DNA of 36,284 nucleotides from Paraglomus brasilianum (Eukaryota): NCBI GenBank assembly GCA_910592345.1, contig CAJVPI010000297.1, positions 1 to 36,284 of the forward strand, read 5' to 3'. Shown piece by piece: positions 1 to 11,278 of this stretch (position 1 is its first letter; each line of letters starts with the position of its first letter). The notes under the pieces were generated by a model. It saw only the letters and a program-made list of their open reading frames with translations, ran no database searches and was not told where the DNA came from. The position numbers and the translations under genes were made by a program.

Positions 1-207
1 GGCAGTTATTTCTCCACCATTCATTGCTTTCAACTGGGCCATTAAAAATATATCTTGTTCGGATCTAGAGAGAGCTTAAAACGCTTCACGTAATTCGGCA
101 AACCCTTCTCTCGTAATCTTTTTTGAGCAATCGCAGTTGCAACCTACATTTAAAAAATGTACTGCTTTGTCGTATTCGGTAGAATAATTATATTCATTAC
201 TTTTCAT
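1..207 (-). pseudogene. 5' fragment of a Cys-rich DNA-transposon transposase-like gene with a premature stop; runs off the window edge
   Basis: ATG at 207 reads MKSNEYNYSTEYDKAVHFLNVGCNCDCSKKITREGFAELREAF*ALSRSEQDIFLMAQLKAMNGGEITA. In-frame TAA at 78-76, probably from CAA. The GCxCxCS...EQDxFLMAQL pattern resembles, from memory, the N-terminus of a high-copy transposase-like family in Glomeromycotina. Confidence 0.55.
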
Positions 208-804
208 ATATGGGTAATCCTATATATATAAATTTTATTTCCCCCGAACTCTTGACTTTTCCTTTTCAATCGGAAAATCGGGGCGCAACCCAAATATGGT
301 ATATGCAAGAACGTGACAACCAAATGCAGTATATGACTTTGATTACGAATAAAAACACTAAGTAACAGAAAAATATTATAGTGATGTTAAGCCTCAGAGA
401 TTATGGTGAGTGATGAACATGACTATTATTTGTTTATTCACATCACAACAGTCATTCAGTAAAAAAAGGCAATTATGCTAACCTTGAAATATGTCTGGAA
501 GCAAATACTTATATTTGTAATCATTATGACTAAGAATCCTAACATTATCTTTTTTCATAAGGCTTGCATCTTGCCACACTTTCGGTAATAGAAAGCACTC
601 AAAATAACATCAGCTCATTTTGTTGAATTTCTCTTTGTTGTAATGTGCAACTGCTATTATTATTGATTAGTGCTTGTAGTCTGAAAACACGTGTGCACAG
701 CTATACATTAACATGAAGAGACATAGAAGTAACGAAAAGCTTCTTTTTCACAAAGACAATTGCAGCAGTTTGGATGCAGGCCACTAAACGACTTCCTCCA
801 ACGC

Positions 805-2437
805 CTATTCACTAATTCGGTGCTTCTTATCCATCGTACTCATACTCACCCATTTTTCTGTATCTTTCAATAGCCAAATGATTCGACCCAAAATCTTACC
901 AATACTTTCCCTCAATCTGTCAGTGCTCCACTCGAGCGAAGCAGGCTTATCGGAATGAATCTTAAATTTCTTTTTGTCCTCATCCATAGTACATTCGACA
1001 AACCACCAGCTTTTGCTATCTGTGACGATTCCATATACCTTACCAACAAACTGGTCCTCCATTTCTGAATGCTTGTGCTTTCTTCGGTTCATTTCGAGCG
1101 ATGCAACGACCTGCATGAGGGCCTGAGCCATACCCTGATTGAAAAGTTCATTTTTCACTTCGACAATGCCGACTATTACATCATGCAGCTGCAAACAGTA
1201 ACCCAATGGTCCACAACCATATTTGCCTTCAATATAAAGCTCAGGGTGTAATGTCACTCTCCCATCGAATAACGCCGCTGCTGTGACAAGAAACGGTGAG
1301 ACATACTCTCTGCAAGATGGCTCGTTGATGTTGACAAGTATCGTTCTTTGTCAAAACTCCAGGTCCTTGAATAGATGGTCCAATAGTTCCTGTTCTTTCG
1401 AATCATGGAGGTCATCGATGCCTACAATACATAATGATCAATTTTTTCTTATATACAAGATGATAAAAAATGCACACATACCACAGTCAAACTTGGGCAA
1501 AGCTTGGTATGCAGAAGGCAGTCCAAAGATTTCACAGACTTTGTCAAGCCTCCACTCTGAAAATGGTTTTTGTACAGTCTCTAGCTGAAAGTTTAGCATG
1601 AAGTTTGATTTTGATACACACATCTTCAGAAACTGCTGGAAGTCCTCGTCTTCCTCCCCAATTCCAACATAGTCATCCACTTTCTTATAACAAAGTGTCA
1701 TATCATCAGGAGTCATGTCCGAAGGCAACTTGAGAAACCTGTGGACCTTTCTCTTCAAATCTTCATTTGTCACTGTGTGGAGATCAACAGCCCAAAGGAA
1801 GGTTGAGCGAAATTTTCCGTATAATACTTTAATCTCGAATTCTATATATCAGACTCACTGATTAACATAAGATTGCTTAAATCTAAATGCATGATTCAAT
1901 AGAACACACCTTGATTTGAATCCTGCAACTGTGCCAACTGTGCCAACAACTCTTCTGAAACCAGCGAGATAGGTTCGATAACATAAGACGAAGGTGTAAT
2001 GAAAAGGAAGCATTGTCAGTAAATAGCATATCAAGATTGCCAATTCGATGGAAAAAATATATATGACAAATTACAACCCAGATTACTTGTCTACTCCGCC
2101 CCAAGTACACACTACTCTATGTCCCCAATGCCCGAGTCACAAAGTCATTACCTGTCTGGGGAGCTGCTACAAGTGCCTCTTGGCACTTTCTAACATCGTC
2201 CCCACACTTCATAACCTCCGTCTGCAGCAGCATCAGCCGTCCCTCCAGCTGAGTCCTCTCCTCTTTCCATTCTGCCCGCTGCGCCTCAGTCCCTTCATTG
2301 CTCCACAGTCTCCTCTTCAGCTCGGCCAACCGCTGTCCGTCCTCACTCTCAAACTTCTCCAACGCCCTCTTGGCATCATTAGACTCCCTCTCAGCATCAT
2401 TATATAGTTCTTGTGGGGTTTTCTTGATAGTTGTCAT
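805..2437 (-). pseudogene. Crinkler-like gene with N-terminal coiled coil and C-terminal PD-(D/E)XK-like domain; one in-frame stop
   Basis: Phase-consistent exons 2437-2152, 1954-1910, 1841-1482 and 1421-805, all GT-AG. C-terminus has GxGPLGY...IVEVK...QGMAQ...YGIVTD..WWF, typical of Mucoromycota CRN/REase-fold proteins. In-frame TGA at 1353-1351 (DLEF*QRT). Confidence 0.75.
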
Positions 2438-2646
2438 TCTTTTTTTCGTTAGTAGAGAGAGGAATATGAAATTTTTATCTTCGAAGAACAACTCCGCAGA
2501 AAAAGACCATTGAAGCAATCCAATGTTGGATCGACGAAGAGAAGAAAGATGTAAACTACTCAGATGGGGAAAATAAAAATGAAGTAGATGATAGTAGTAA
2601 TACTATTACTAATAGTGATAGTAAAGAAGATACTGAAATTTAATTT

Positions 2647-2729
2647 GCACCAGAGTGACCAAAGAATAGGTTATACTCATAAACGGCTTTGGGTCTGAGT
2701 ATTTTCCTCCCATGCAATCACTCTGGTGC
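2647..2729. other. 83-nt nested inverted repeat, candidate structured RNA or tiny TIR element
   Basis: Perfect 12-bp arms GCACCAGAGTGA (2647-2658) and TCACTCTGGTGC (2718-2729). Inner stem ATACTCA (2673-2679)/TGAGTAT (2696-2702). CCAAAG (2659-2664) is complementary to loop CTTTGG (2687-2692). Confidence 0.5.
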
Positions 2730-3037
2730 TTTTAACATTACTTATATTTTCAAGAGTGCGCATTTCAATAATTGAAATAATAAAATTTATGCTTACAAAA
2801 AAATTGAAATATTTTTACGTTGTTTGACGTTTTTAATTTAATGTGTCAAAGCTCAATGGATGTGCTTAATATTAAGCAGTTTTTTATCCTGACTATAAAG
2901 AACAATTTTTCGTTTATTATTATAGGTTGTTTGATCAGTGGAGGCCTTTTATGTTAACCTGACTTTCCTTTACCTTTCTTCAAGTTTTCGTTTCTTTCTT
3001 GGTTTATCATGCATTGGTGTTAATGCTCGTTTAGTAG

Positions 3038-3232
3038 TTATGATTTTCCGTTCCTCTTGATAAATTTCATAAGTGATTTTTTTTTTTGATCTAGATATTC
3101 CTGGAGAGTTTGGGTATCATTGATTTTGAAAATATAGGGTGCAATTTTCTTTCCTTGAGCTTTCTTTAAAATACTTCTAATGGTGCTGTAATTCTTGGGT
3201 TCCATGGTGGATTTAATGTAAATTAGTTTCAT
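3038..3232 (-). pseudogene. AT-rich, Lys-rich intronless ORF fragment, possibly a mobile or virus-like relic
   Basis: 64-aa ORF with ATG, preceded by hairpin ATATAGG-N6-CCTATAT (3244-3263). Very low GC and no recognisable domain. Confidence 0.25.
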
Positions 3233-4500
3233 ATTATAATTTTATATAGGGATAATCCTATATTAATCATGTTACGGTTTATATTCATCACATTCTGGTA
3301 TGATAAAGTGAGCATTAAAATTAACAAGTCCATAAGTTATGAATGAGCACAATTATTACTTTTCAAAACGTCATCAGTCAAATTAGTTAACTTTCAGCCA
3401 CACCAGCCCCTCATTTATAGAATGTTCACTTTGTCTGGTTTTGTTGCAGCACGCCCCATATCCGCATCTTATTCTCGTGGCATTACAATTGTTATTCGCT
3501 CAAGGTTTGAGTACTGTAGATACAACCCATAGGCTTCCGAATTAATCCCGGAAGGAAATAGTCCTAACTCGAGGGCGAATAGCCGGAATGGATTAGTGTC
3601 TACCGATTGACACTAGCTCGTGAGTAGTAAAGTCTAGTTTTTAAAGGTCGTTATACTTAACCAGAGTAGGAGAAACCACAGCTCCGCCTGAAAGATAATT
3701 AAATCCCAAGAGTTGACGATCGAATGTTTGTTGAATTGACAATGAGATTTTCCCCCCTGATAACAATGAAATCGCATTTTTAAATATAGTCGCTTATTAA
3801 GACCGTTTACATTAAATAAGTTACTGCAAGCTCAGCAAAAGAATCGTTGCTAGTAACCAAATAAGTTGGCTAATCATTATGTACTGAACAGCCCTTGCTA
3901 AAATTTCAACGCTATTAAACTTTTTTTTCCTTTCTTGATACAAAGGAATAAGAAAAAATCACAAGGAGCAGGATCTGGACTATTACTATATCGAAAATTG
4001 GGAAGAAGGGTTACCTGTTACTTTTGGAGATATTCAGTCACTTATGTAGTCATTGACATCTGAACAGGTTTTTTTTTCCATATTGTTCGAAAATACTTCT
4101 GTCAGTATACTATTTACATAAAGCTTTCACTGGGGTCGTCAGCTATTTTCGTGTCTCCACACCGTGTCATGTGCTACTTGCAGAGTGGAAAAAGCCAAGG
4201 CTAATAATAGTTATTAGAACGTGCAAATCAGTTAGGCCCAAATTGTGATCATATCTAACTGGGTTATTGGTTCGTTTTCTCACTAAAGCCAACGCTCCTC
4301 AGTTGACATTAAGTGCGTAAAATTATGATTTACGATTATTAGTTAATTAAATTGCTCAAAATAATCAATAAACTATAAATGTTTATTTTAATTGGTAATG
4401 CGATTACTAGCACACCGAAATAAACAACGAAACAAACAAATAGTTAAATATAAGATACATGAATTAATCTATATACAAATACCAAATTCCCACTTTCATA

Positions 4501-6819
4501 TTAAATTTGGTCGTTCTCGATTTCCGCCGTATCATTCTCAGTTGTATCTGCATCTCCGCCAGACTTGCTGCGACATTTTTTCACAGCAAAGTCAATCACT
4601 TTTATGAACATCACGGCAACCAACAATATAGAAATAATGCCTTCCAATCCGAGCGCAACAAGTTTAAAAATACTATTTGTGCATTTGCTCAAGCCTGGAT
4701 ACAACAGGACCATAACCGCAATCCTCAGAAAAGATATCAATATATTCAATGCGTTCATCAAGGTTATCATATAAGGCTTAAAAAGTAACAGCGCAATGAA
4801 GTATAATACTTCGACAATCATCAAGTAGATTGTTTGTGCGGCACCGCTTGCACGAGCAGCTCCGATGCCGATAGCTCGAACCACGTCATAAGCAGTCGTG
4901 AAAATAAAAAACCAGATGCGTGTCTTGCTTGGATCTTTATCACTCTGATACTGAGTGTAAAAAGCGCCGTAAACGAATTCGTGAACTGGAGTCTCGAATG
5001 CATCCGGATTATAGTACATATCCCGCATGATTCTGAATGTACAAAAGCCTATGGTACCAAAAGTGAACAATGCAATGCACAATATGGCAAGAAAAAGCAA
5101 GAACCAGCAGTCGAAATGAAGCGTTAGTTGATAGACGGCAAAAAGTGTGAGAGGGCCGTGAAACAGGAGCACCTAAGTACAAGTAAAAACGATTGTGGTC
5201 AAATTCAATCAATTCAATCAGTTCAATCAATTCAAAAAGAAGGCCCTATAATCGCATTACCACTCGCAACGCTCCACCTGCATGATAAAAGCAATGTTAG
5301 AGAATCTTCAAATGTTATATATCACGTCGTGTTTCACGCATACAAGATTTTGCTTACCGATGACCAAAAGAGGAATGTTATTCCAAGCTTTTTCCAAAAT
5401 GGGCCACTTCTCCCATTTACTCTTTAATGCACGTGCCACTAACCCACAGAGGAGCGCAGCAAACATCACACACGCCAACACTATACAGAATACGACTAGC
5501 ACCATAAAGAACATATTATAGCTGGGAATATTTAACATCTCTCCGAAAGACGTGAAACCAGAAGAGAGCGGTTTCAACTCTGGCTTGCAAAATTTTGTCA
5601 CGGTTAAGCTCTGCACGTTATCAAGACAGTTATTGACCTGCGTGTGGCATATTCCTCCTCGGATCTTGTCATCCGCAATTTGGGACAAGGTGCCGTTAAA
5701 TTTACTTGAAGGCACAGCGCTAAACCATGCAAGTTTGACCGAAATGTCCCGGAACAAGGGTGGGAGACAAAGCAATGAAAGGAGAGCATTGGTTACGACA
5801 AACTGAGCAGCACGAAAAATGTCATATACGGAAGGAATTTGTGCCGATAATGGGACTTCTTTGGCCGGTTCTCTAGACAGGTCGGACGTTTCCTTTTCCT
5901 TTTTCTGTTTTTTGGCAACTTTCTTTTTGGCAAGCCCTTTGGTTAACTCTGCCTGCATTGTGGCGATCTGTTGCACCACACTGACTGCAATAGCAATAAT
6001 TGCACCGACTATAAAAGGAATTGTAGCCACATTTGTGACATTGCCTGACACCGAGGCGGGCCAATCGGCATTGCCAACAGGAACTACGGCACAACCCGTA
6101 ATATCGTTATTAAACTGATCAAATAGGTAAAACTTCGCAAAAAAGTCGTTATGGGTATTCTCATAAAGTGTGTTAAGGTGGTCTGTGCATATACATTATT
6201 GATTAATAAACAAGCAAGCATTGTAATAGATAATGATAATGCTATGAGCCCTTACTTTTGTCGTCAGCAGCTGCTTCATAAGAAAAGATAAATTCAGTGG
6301 GAGATCCAAATGTAACTTGACACGACCATTCTTTACCACTGCTACTACCGGTATTACCACTACCGCATGGCACGTCAACAAGTCTCGAACGAGTGTCGTC
6401 GATAGGAAGCAATAAAATAATGTTGGGGTTTGTTGACTGACTTATGCGCACTGGGATATTAATAATAATTATTCTTGAAAATATTTATTGGTATGAGAAT
6501 CGGCACAATAATGTCAATTACCTGTAGCATTACCCAAGTGGTCTAGTGAATTTGCTGCATATAGATGAACAGTTAATTTTCCTGGGGTACTAATGAGGTG
6601 GAAGTCATCAAATTGTATCGATCCTCCGCAATTCCTGACGCTACGTGAACGTTGTTCAGTCGGACTGGAGACGGGTAGAAACGGACCCCATCTTTTTTCA
6701 ATCGTTGCTGGGAGGGCCGGTGATGTAAATGGTTTGACTGAGTTTGCTGTGACTGCTGTCACGTACAACAATACTATTATAAGGCAAATATTAAAACTAG
6801 CAGCAAAATTTCTCTGCAT
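4501..6819 (-). CDS. TRP-like (FLC/Pkd2-type) multi-pass membrane protein with signal peptide and TRP_N/ML-like luminal region
   Basis: Exons 6819-6522, 6450-6256, 6182-5358, 5277-5261 (17-nt micro-exon) and 5172-4501 join in phase. Hydrophobic N-terminus. Motifs DIFRAAQF, GGALRVVLLFHGPLTLF, YGAFYTQY, WFF, LFKPY...MNALN match the fungal TRP-like family. Confidence 0.8.
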
Positions 6820-9552
6820 GTTTGTACACAAATGGCTGTAGCGAAAGCCAATACAAAAAGTTGAAGCAAGGATAGGTCCTTTTTATGAGAAAATCTAGGT
6901 ATTATTGACTTGTATGAACCCATTTTCATGGAAACAATAAACCGGGCTCGAAGCACATGATTGTTTCAGGATAAGAAATTTGAGTGTAACAGGTGACCTT
7001 TTTTAAATTATTGCGACATGACTAACGAACGCGAGACACGAAAATATCGCAAGAAAAAAGATGCAAGCCCAAACAATCATGCGGCACATAGCGTGAAAAA
7101 ACTTTGACATTTCTATCAAACGGAAGGCATAGCATAGCAGCAAGCAAAATCGAAACGAGGGGGTCTTTTTCATGTATCAGTATCGCTATAGCTTAATTTG
7201 TTAAATGAATGGAGCATCCAAATCGATCAATCTTGTCACACAGCACCACAACATTATGATACTCGGACATTATAAACATTGTCATTAGGCTAAGCTTGTG
7301 TTCCGACGGAAAAGGTAAATTTTATTATCGTCCCACAACGATTATCAACCATTGCGCCTTCGAACGATGTCTTGGCTTGACTTCTATCCACCATACTGTC
7401 GTACCTTTTGTCCCTCCTTTTTTATAACCATCATTACCGTTAGAAAGATTTACATATAACCAATTTTCATTATTCGAACCATTCCAGATCAGGAAAGTCA
7501 ACAAGTGCTTGTCAATAAGCTTAAATGTCCAAATTCTTAAGGTACCTTGTATTATTAATAGTCATTCCCCATTTTTCGCATGGATTGATACAAGCCACGA
7601 TATTCTAATTTATCGAGCAAGCAGTGATGGGTTTTCCTGATAACAATAAAGTATTGCGTAAACCCATTGCAAAAATGGTCATTTAACTCAGTCGTTGCAA
7701 ATTTCAAAATCACACGAATTTTATACGAATGGCTTCTTGTTCGAGATACGCCCAAAAAGATGCCAGTCCATTAAGAGACATACTGCATAACAGATACGAT
7801 AGCTCCATGAAAAAACGATTTGTATGGTTTCTGAACTAATAAATGCGATACCAGCTCGCTATTAAATCTTCTCTTCTTCTTACAAAATGGGCGTACTGAT
7901 TCAGAACAATGGAGAGCCAAGATTGCCTTTGGATTTTGGGATAATACTAATTACTGGAAAAAGAATACGAGAGTACGAACAGGATAATTTCTTAAAATGT
8001 AAATTCGAATAGGAAATATAAATCAGGTGATTAAAGATTGCGATTTGTTTATCCGGATATTAACATTAGTAAAGGGATTGTTATTTTCCTTACGAATCGA
8101 AAAATGATTTCTTAATACTCGAATCATATATGAGGGTTTTTGCATTATAGTCTTATTTATGTGTTCGCTCCGCAATAAACATATTACGTATAATTTTTAG
8201 AATAACAATCTGCAAATTTCTTTATTGATATCCAAAAGCGGTCGTTCACTGCTGCAAATATTTCGTTTATTTTGTGATCTGGCTAAAGATGCTAAAAAGT
8301 GCGGATTGCTGTTCCAAGAAATTTTTTTATCGATGTCTAAAAAGCGGTTAAATACGGTTAAAAGCGTGCGGATTGCTGTCCCAAGAATTTTCATATACTA
8401 TTATATTATCTCTATTAAATCTTGGATATTCCTTTTCATAACATAAAACGGGAAAACAAATATATTATCCATAGTAGCAAAAAAAAAAGCTTTTGTCAAA
8501 TAGAAATGGTATCTTCACCAAGCATACAAGACAACACACCATTTGCCTCGTTTGAAAGCCTCTGCTAAATGATCAGAAACAATTTACACTGCAAAACGCA
8601 GTTTATCACTATTATAGTTTATTACAAAACGAAAACCATGAGTTAGTAAGGCAACTTCAAGAGATTAAATTGCCGTTGTTATTCGAATAATAACAACGCG
8701 CATATGAGTTTTGCTTGCTCCACAGAGGTATCGTTATTATTTTTTCCGGCTACACATTTAGTCAGGTTAACACTCTTACATAACGACGCATCATCATTCA
8801 TTCCCGGCTAAAATAATTATTTCGATTGGAAGAAAATATCTGTATTGGCTATGGAAATGCGTAAAATTTTTTTTTGCGATACCTCGCATTTCGAATCAAT
8901 TTTTTATCCTCAACGACTTCTTGAATAACGATGCAAACATTGACTCTCTTTCACTTAACATCATTGGCTTAGTCTTTGTGTTGGTCTATGGTAATTAGTA
9001 TTCGCCACGGAACGCACAGTGAAGTCAACTACGCGGAAAGACTCGCTTTGCTTAATATTGAAAGTTTTATGACAAAAGTTTAACGATGCTTCGTTATACA
9101 TTAAATCTGTCGATATTATGTTTACGAGTATTTATAATCAGAGACGAAATATTCATAAATTGTTGCGAACGGAAATCTTATTACGACAATATTTCCTTTG
9201 CTACATAAAAATGGAAATAAAAATTGTTCATAAAACAAAGTAAACTCGCTGGTCAAAAAGTAATGAAGACAGAAAGTTTCACGTTATACAATTTATTGAA
9301 GAAAAATAATGCAAGAGTAAAGAAGTAGATAAAAAAATCATGTTGACGTATCGTTTAGTAATACACAACATAGTACATTAAATACGTCCTTGTTGCTGGC
9401 TGATCTGTCTCGAGTGAAGTTTTAATACCACCACTACTCAGTTCTATCTAAGCAATTTACAAAATTCATTGCAATTGTATGGCTTATTGCTCGCTTTTGA
9501 AAAATCAGAAGCTCAAAAATCAGCCGAGGAAGAAGCTAATTTTTAAAATATA

Positions 9553-10221
9553 CAGTGCGCGAAAAAGTAATTAGAATAAAATGCATCGTAATAAAATTCA
9601 ATTTTGTTTGACATATTCAACCAAGTAAAAAAAGTGTATAATACGTTAGTAATACTATATAATACGTGACAAGACTTGTTAGATAACGCGACTACGTTTT
9701 GTTGTACGACTTCACATTCAACACGCGATGACTAAAACCTCACTTAATCAATATGACGTTTTTATGGGAGACTGGCATGTATGATGTTGACACTTTGTAC
9801 AGATTGACTTCTATCCTCTTTCCACCGTACACAAATATTCAAAAACTTGAAAATGATATGTCTCTGTCCCGATCTGGCAGATCAAGAAAACTTTTACCTA
9901 AATAGCGTCGGCATCTTGGTCAGCTTGTCTAAGGAACCAATACTTTATGAGCACTGAACTCGAAAATATTTTCATTATCCTAACTTAAATGTTAGTGATC
10001 GGACAGTACTCAATGAGCTTTATAACATGTAATATTGCGTCACAATTCTAAAATCTATTCTGGTAAAACACCCATAAATTGGAGGCAATAATTGCAAGGG
10101 ATGGTTATACTAAGTAAACTTGTTTATCATATCAGTATACACGCAAATTTTGTACACGTTTAATCCGTTCTTGTTGTGCTATAAATAAACCCGTCATTCT
10201 CATTATTTTTTTCGCGCACTG
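9553..10221 (+). mobile_element. Tc1/mariner non-autonomous deletion derivative, 669 bp, TA target-site duplication
   Basis: Left end TA|CAGTGCGCGAAAAAGTAATTAGAAT; right end reverse complement CAGTGCGCGAAAAAAATAATGAGAAT, with TA at 10222-10223. Internal SLSRSGRSRKL (~9861-9893) resembles the RSGRPRK linker of Tc1 transposases. Confidence 0.8.
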
Positions 10222-10448
10222 TATATGATTCCCTGAATGTCAACTACGATTGACATTTTCTCTGACCATACTGGTTAAAGGCTTGCGATTAATGCCCTAA
10301 TGCCGATAGATTCATTTACCCCACCATTTTTGGACAAAAGGTCACTCAATACAAGGTTCCAAATAATTTGTCTATCCGCACCAAAAGTCTATCCGCCACA
10401 TTTCATTCGGCATGATCAACACAGAACTTGTAACACCATAACAAACTT

Positions 10449-11000
10449 CAGTGAACCCTCCAATGCACGCTACCAAGCTCGGGAGTTAGACGTAAATGCA
10501 CACCCTCCACATTCTGCACCGCACGCTTTTTTCGAAGTCCCATAATAATAAAACCTACCCTCTCTAAATGCACGCCCGTAATTTACACGTGATGTTATAT
10601 AGCGTTACATTAAGAAATTTACATATCAAATGTGACACTTACTGCAAACAAAGGGAATTACTGCTAAATTCGATTTGCGAAAATTCTTCTACATTACATC
10701 CACCAATGACTATACGACTCATACGCCAACATTAGAAGAGCTTGCTCAGTTACTCACAACTCTCGACCTTCCTGACAATATGTCAGTTGAAGATTTAAGG
10801 AGTTTTTGATGAAGATCATACTAGCAGTGAAGAGGCTGATGGTAGTGCTGGGCCCTAATCATTAGCGCTAATGAAACTTCAAAAAGCTTAGAAATCTATG
10901 CTCTTTGCAAGTCTGAGCGTGAGAGATTGTTTAAACATGTCAAAGCGCTTGACCAGTGTAATAGTTTAATAAAGTCAATTACAATTACAATAATTTTTTA
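10449..11000 (+). mobile_element. Degenerate pogo/Tigger-like remnant
   Basis: CAGTGAACCCTC terminus-like sequence and three AATGCAC motifs. Broken peptide LEELAQLLTTLDLPDNMSVED...DEDHTSSEEADGS...IISANETSKSLE resembles acidic C-termini of pogo-type transposases (from memory). Confidence 0.4.
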
Positions 11001-11068
11001 AATAATAAACCAATGATAATTCTGATATCACATGAAACCAATCAGATTCTTAAATGCTCACATGAATA

Positions 11069-11192
11069 CATTTCCCGCATTTCCCGCATTCTCAGCATTT
11101 CCCGCATTTCCCGCATTCTCAGCATTTCCCGCATTTCTCTCATTTTCCCCACATTTCCCGCATTTCTCTCATTTTCACCACATTTCCCCTGT
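11069..11192. repeat. Minisatellite of 9-nt units (CATTTCCCG / CATTCTCAG / CATTTCTCT)
   Basis: About 13 imperfect tandem units with a visible 27-nt higher-order repeat, ending in CCCCTG|TA. Confidence 0.85.
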
Positions 11193-11278
11193 ATAACATG
11201 GGTCCGTTTCACTAATGTGGTTCTATATTAATATAAATAAACACATACGCCTTAAAAACTTGCAAGCATTGATCAATT

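Noticed and set aside
4392..6841. Plus-strand ORFs overlapping the TRP-like gene
   Set aside because: Antisense shadows of the minus-strand coding sequence.
7555..8400. Possible LINE relic (PKSKGNLG, LIASWYR on the minus strand) and a 22-bp direct repeat at 8299/8366
   Set aside because: Only short motif echoes in stop-ridden frames; no RT core motif seen.
11013..11231. 72-aa ORF with ISRISRILS repeats
   Set aside because: Translation of the 9-nt minisatellite.
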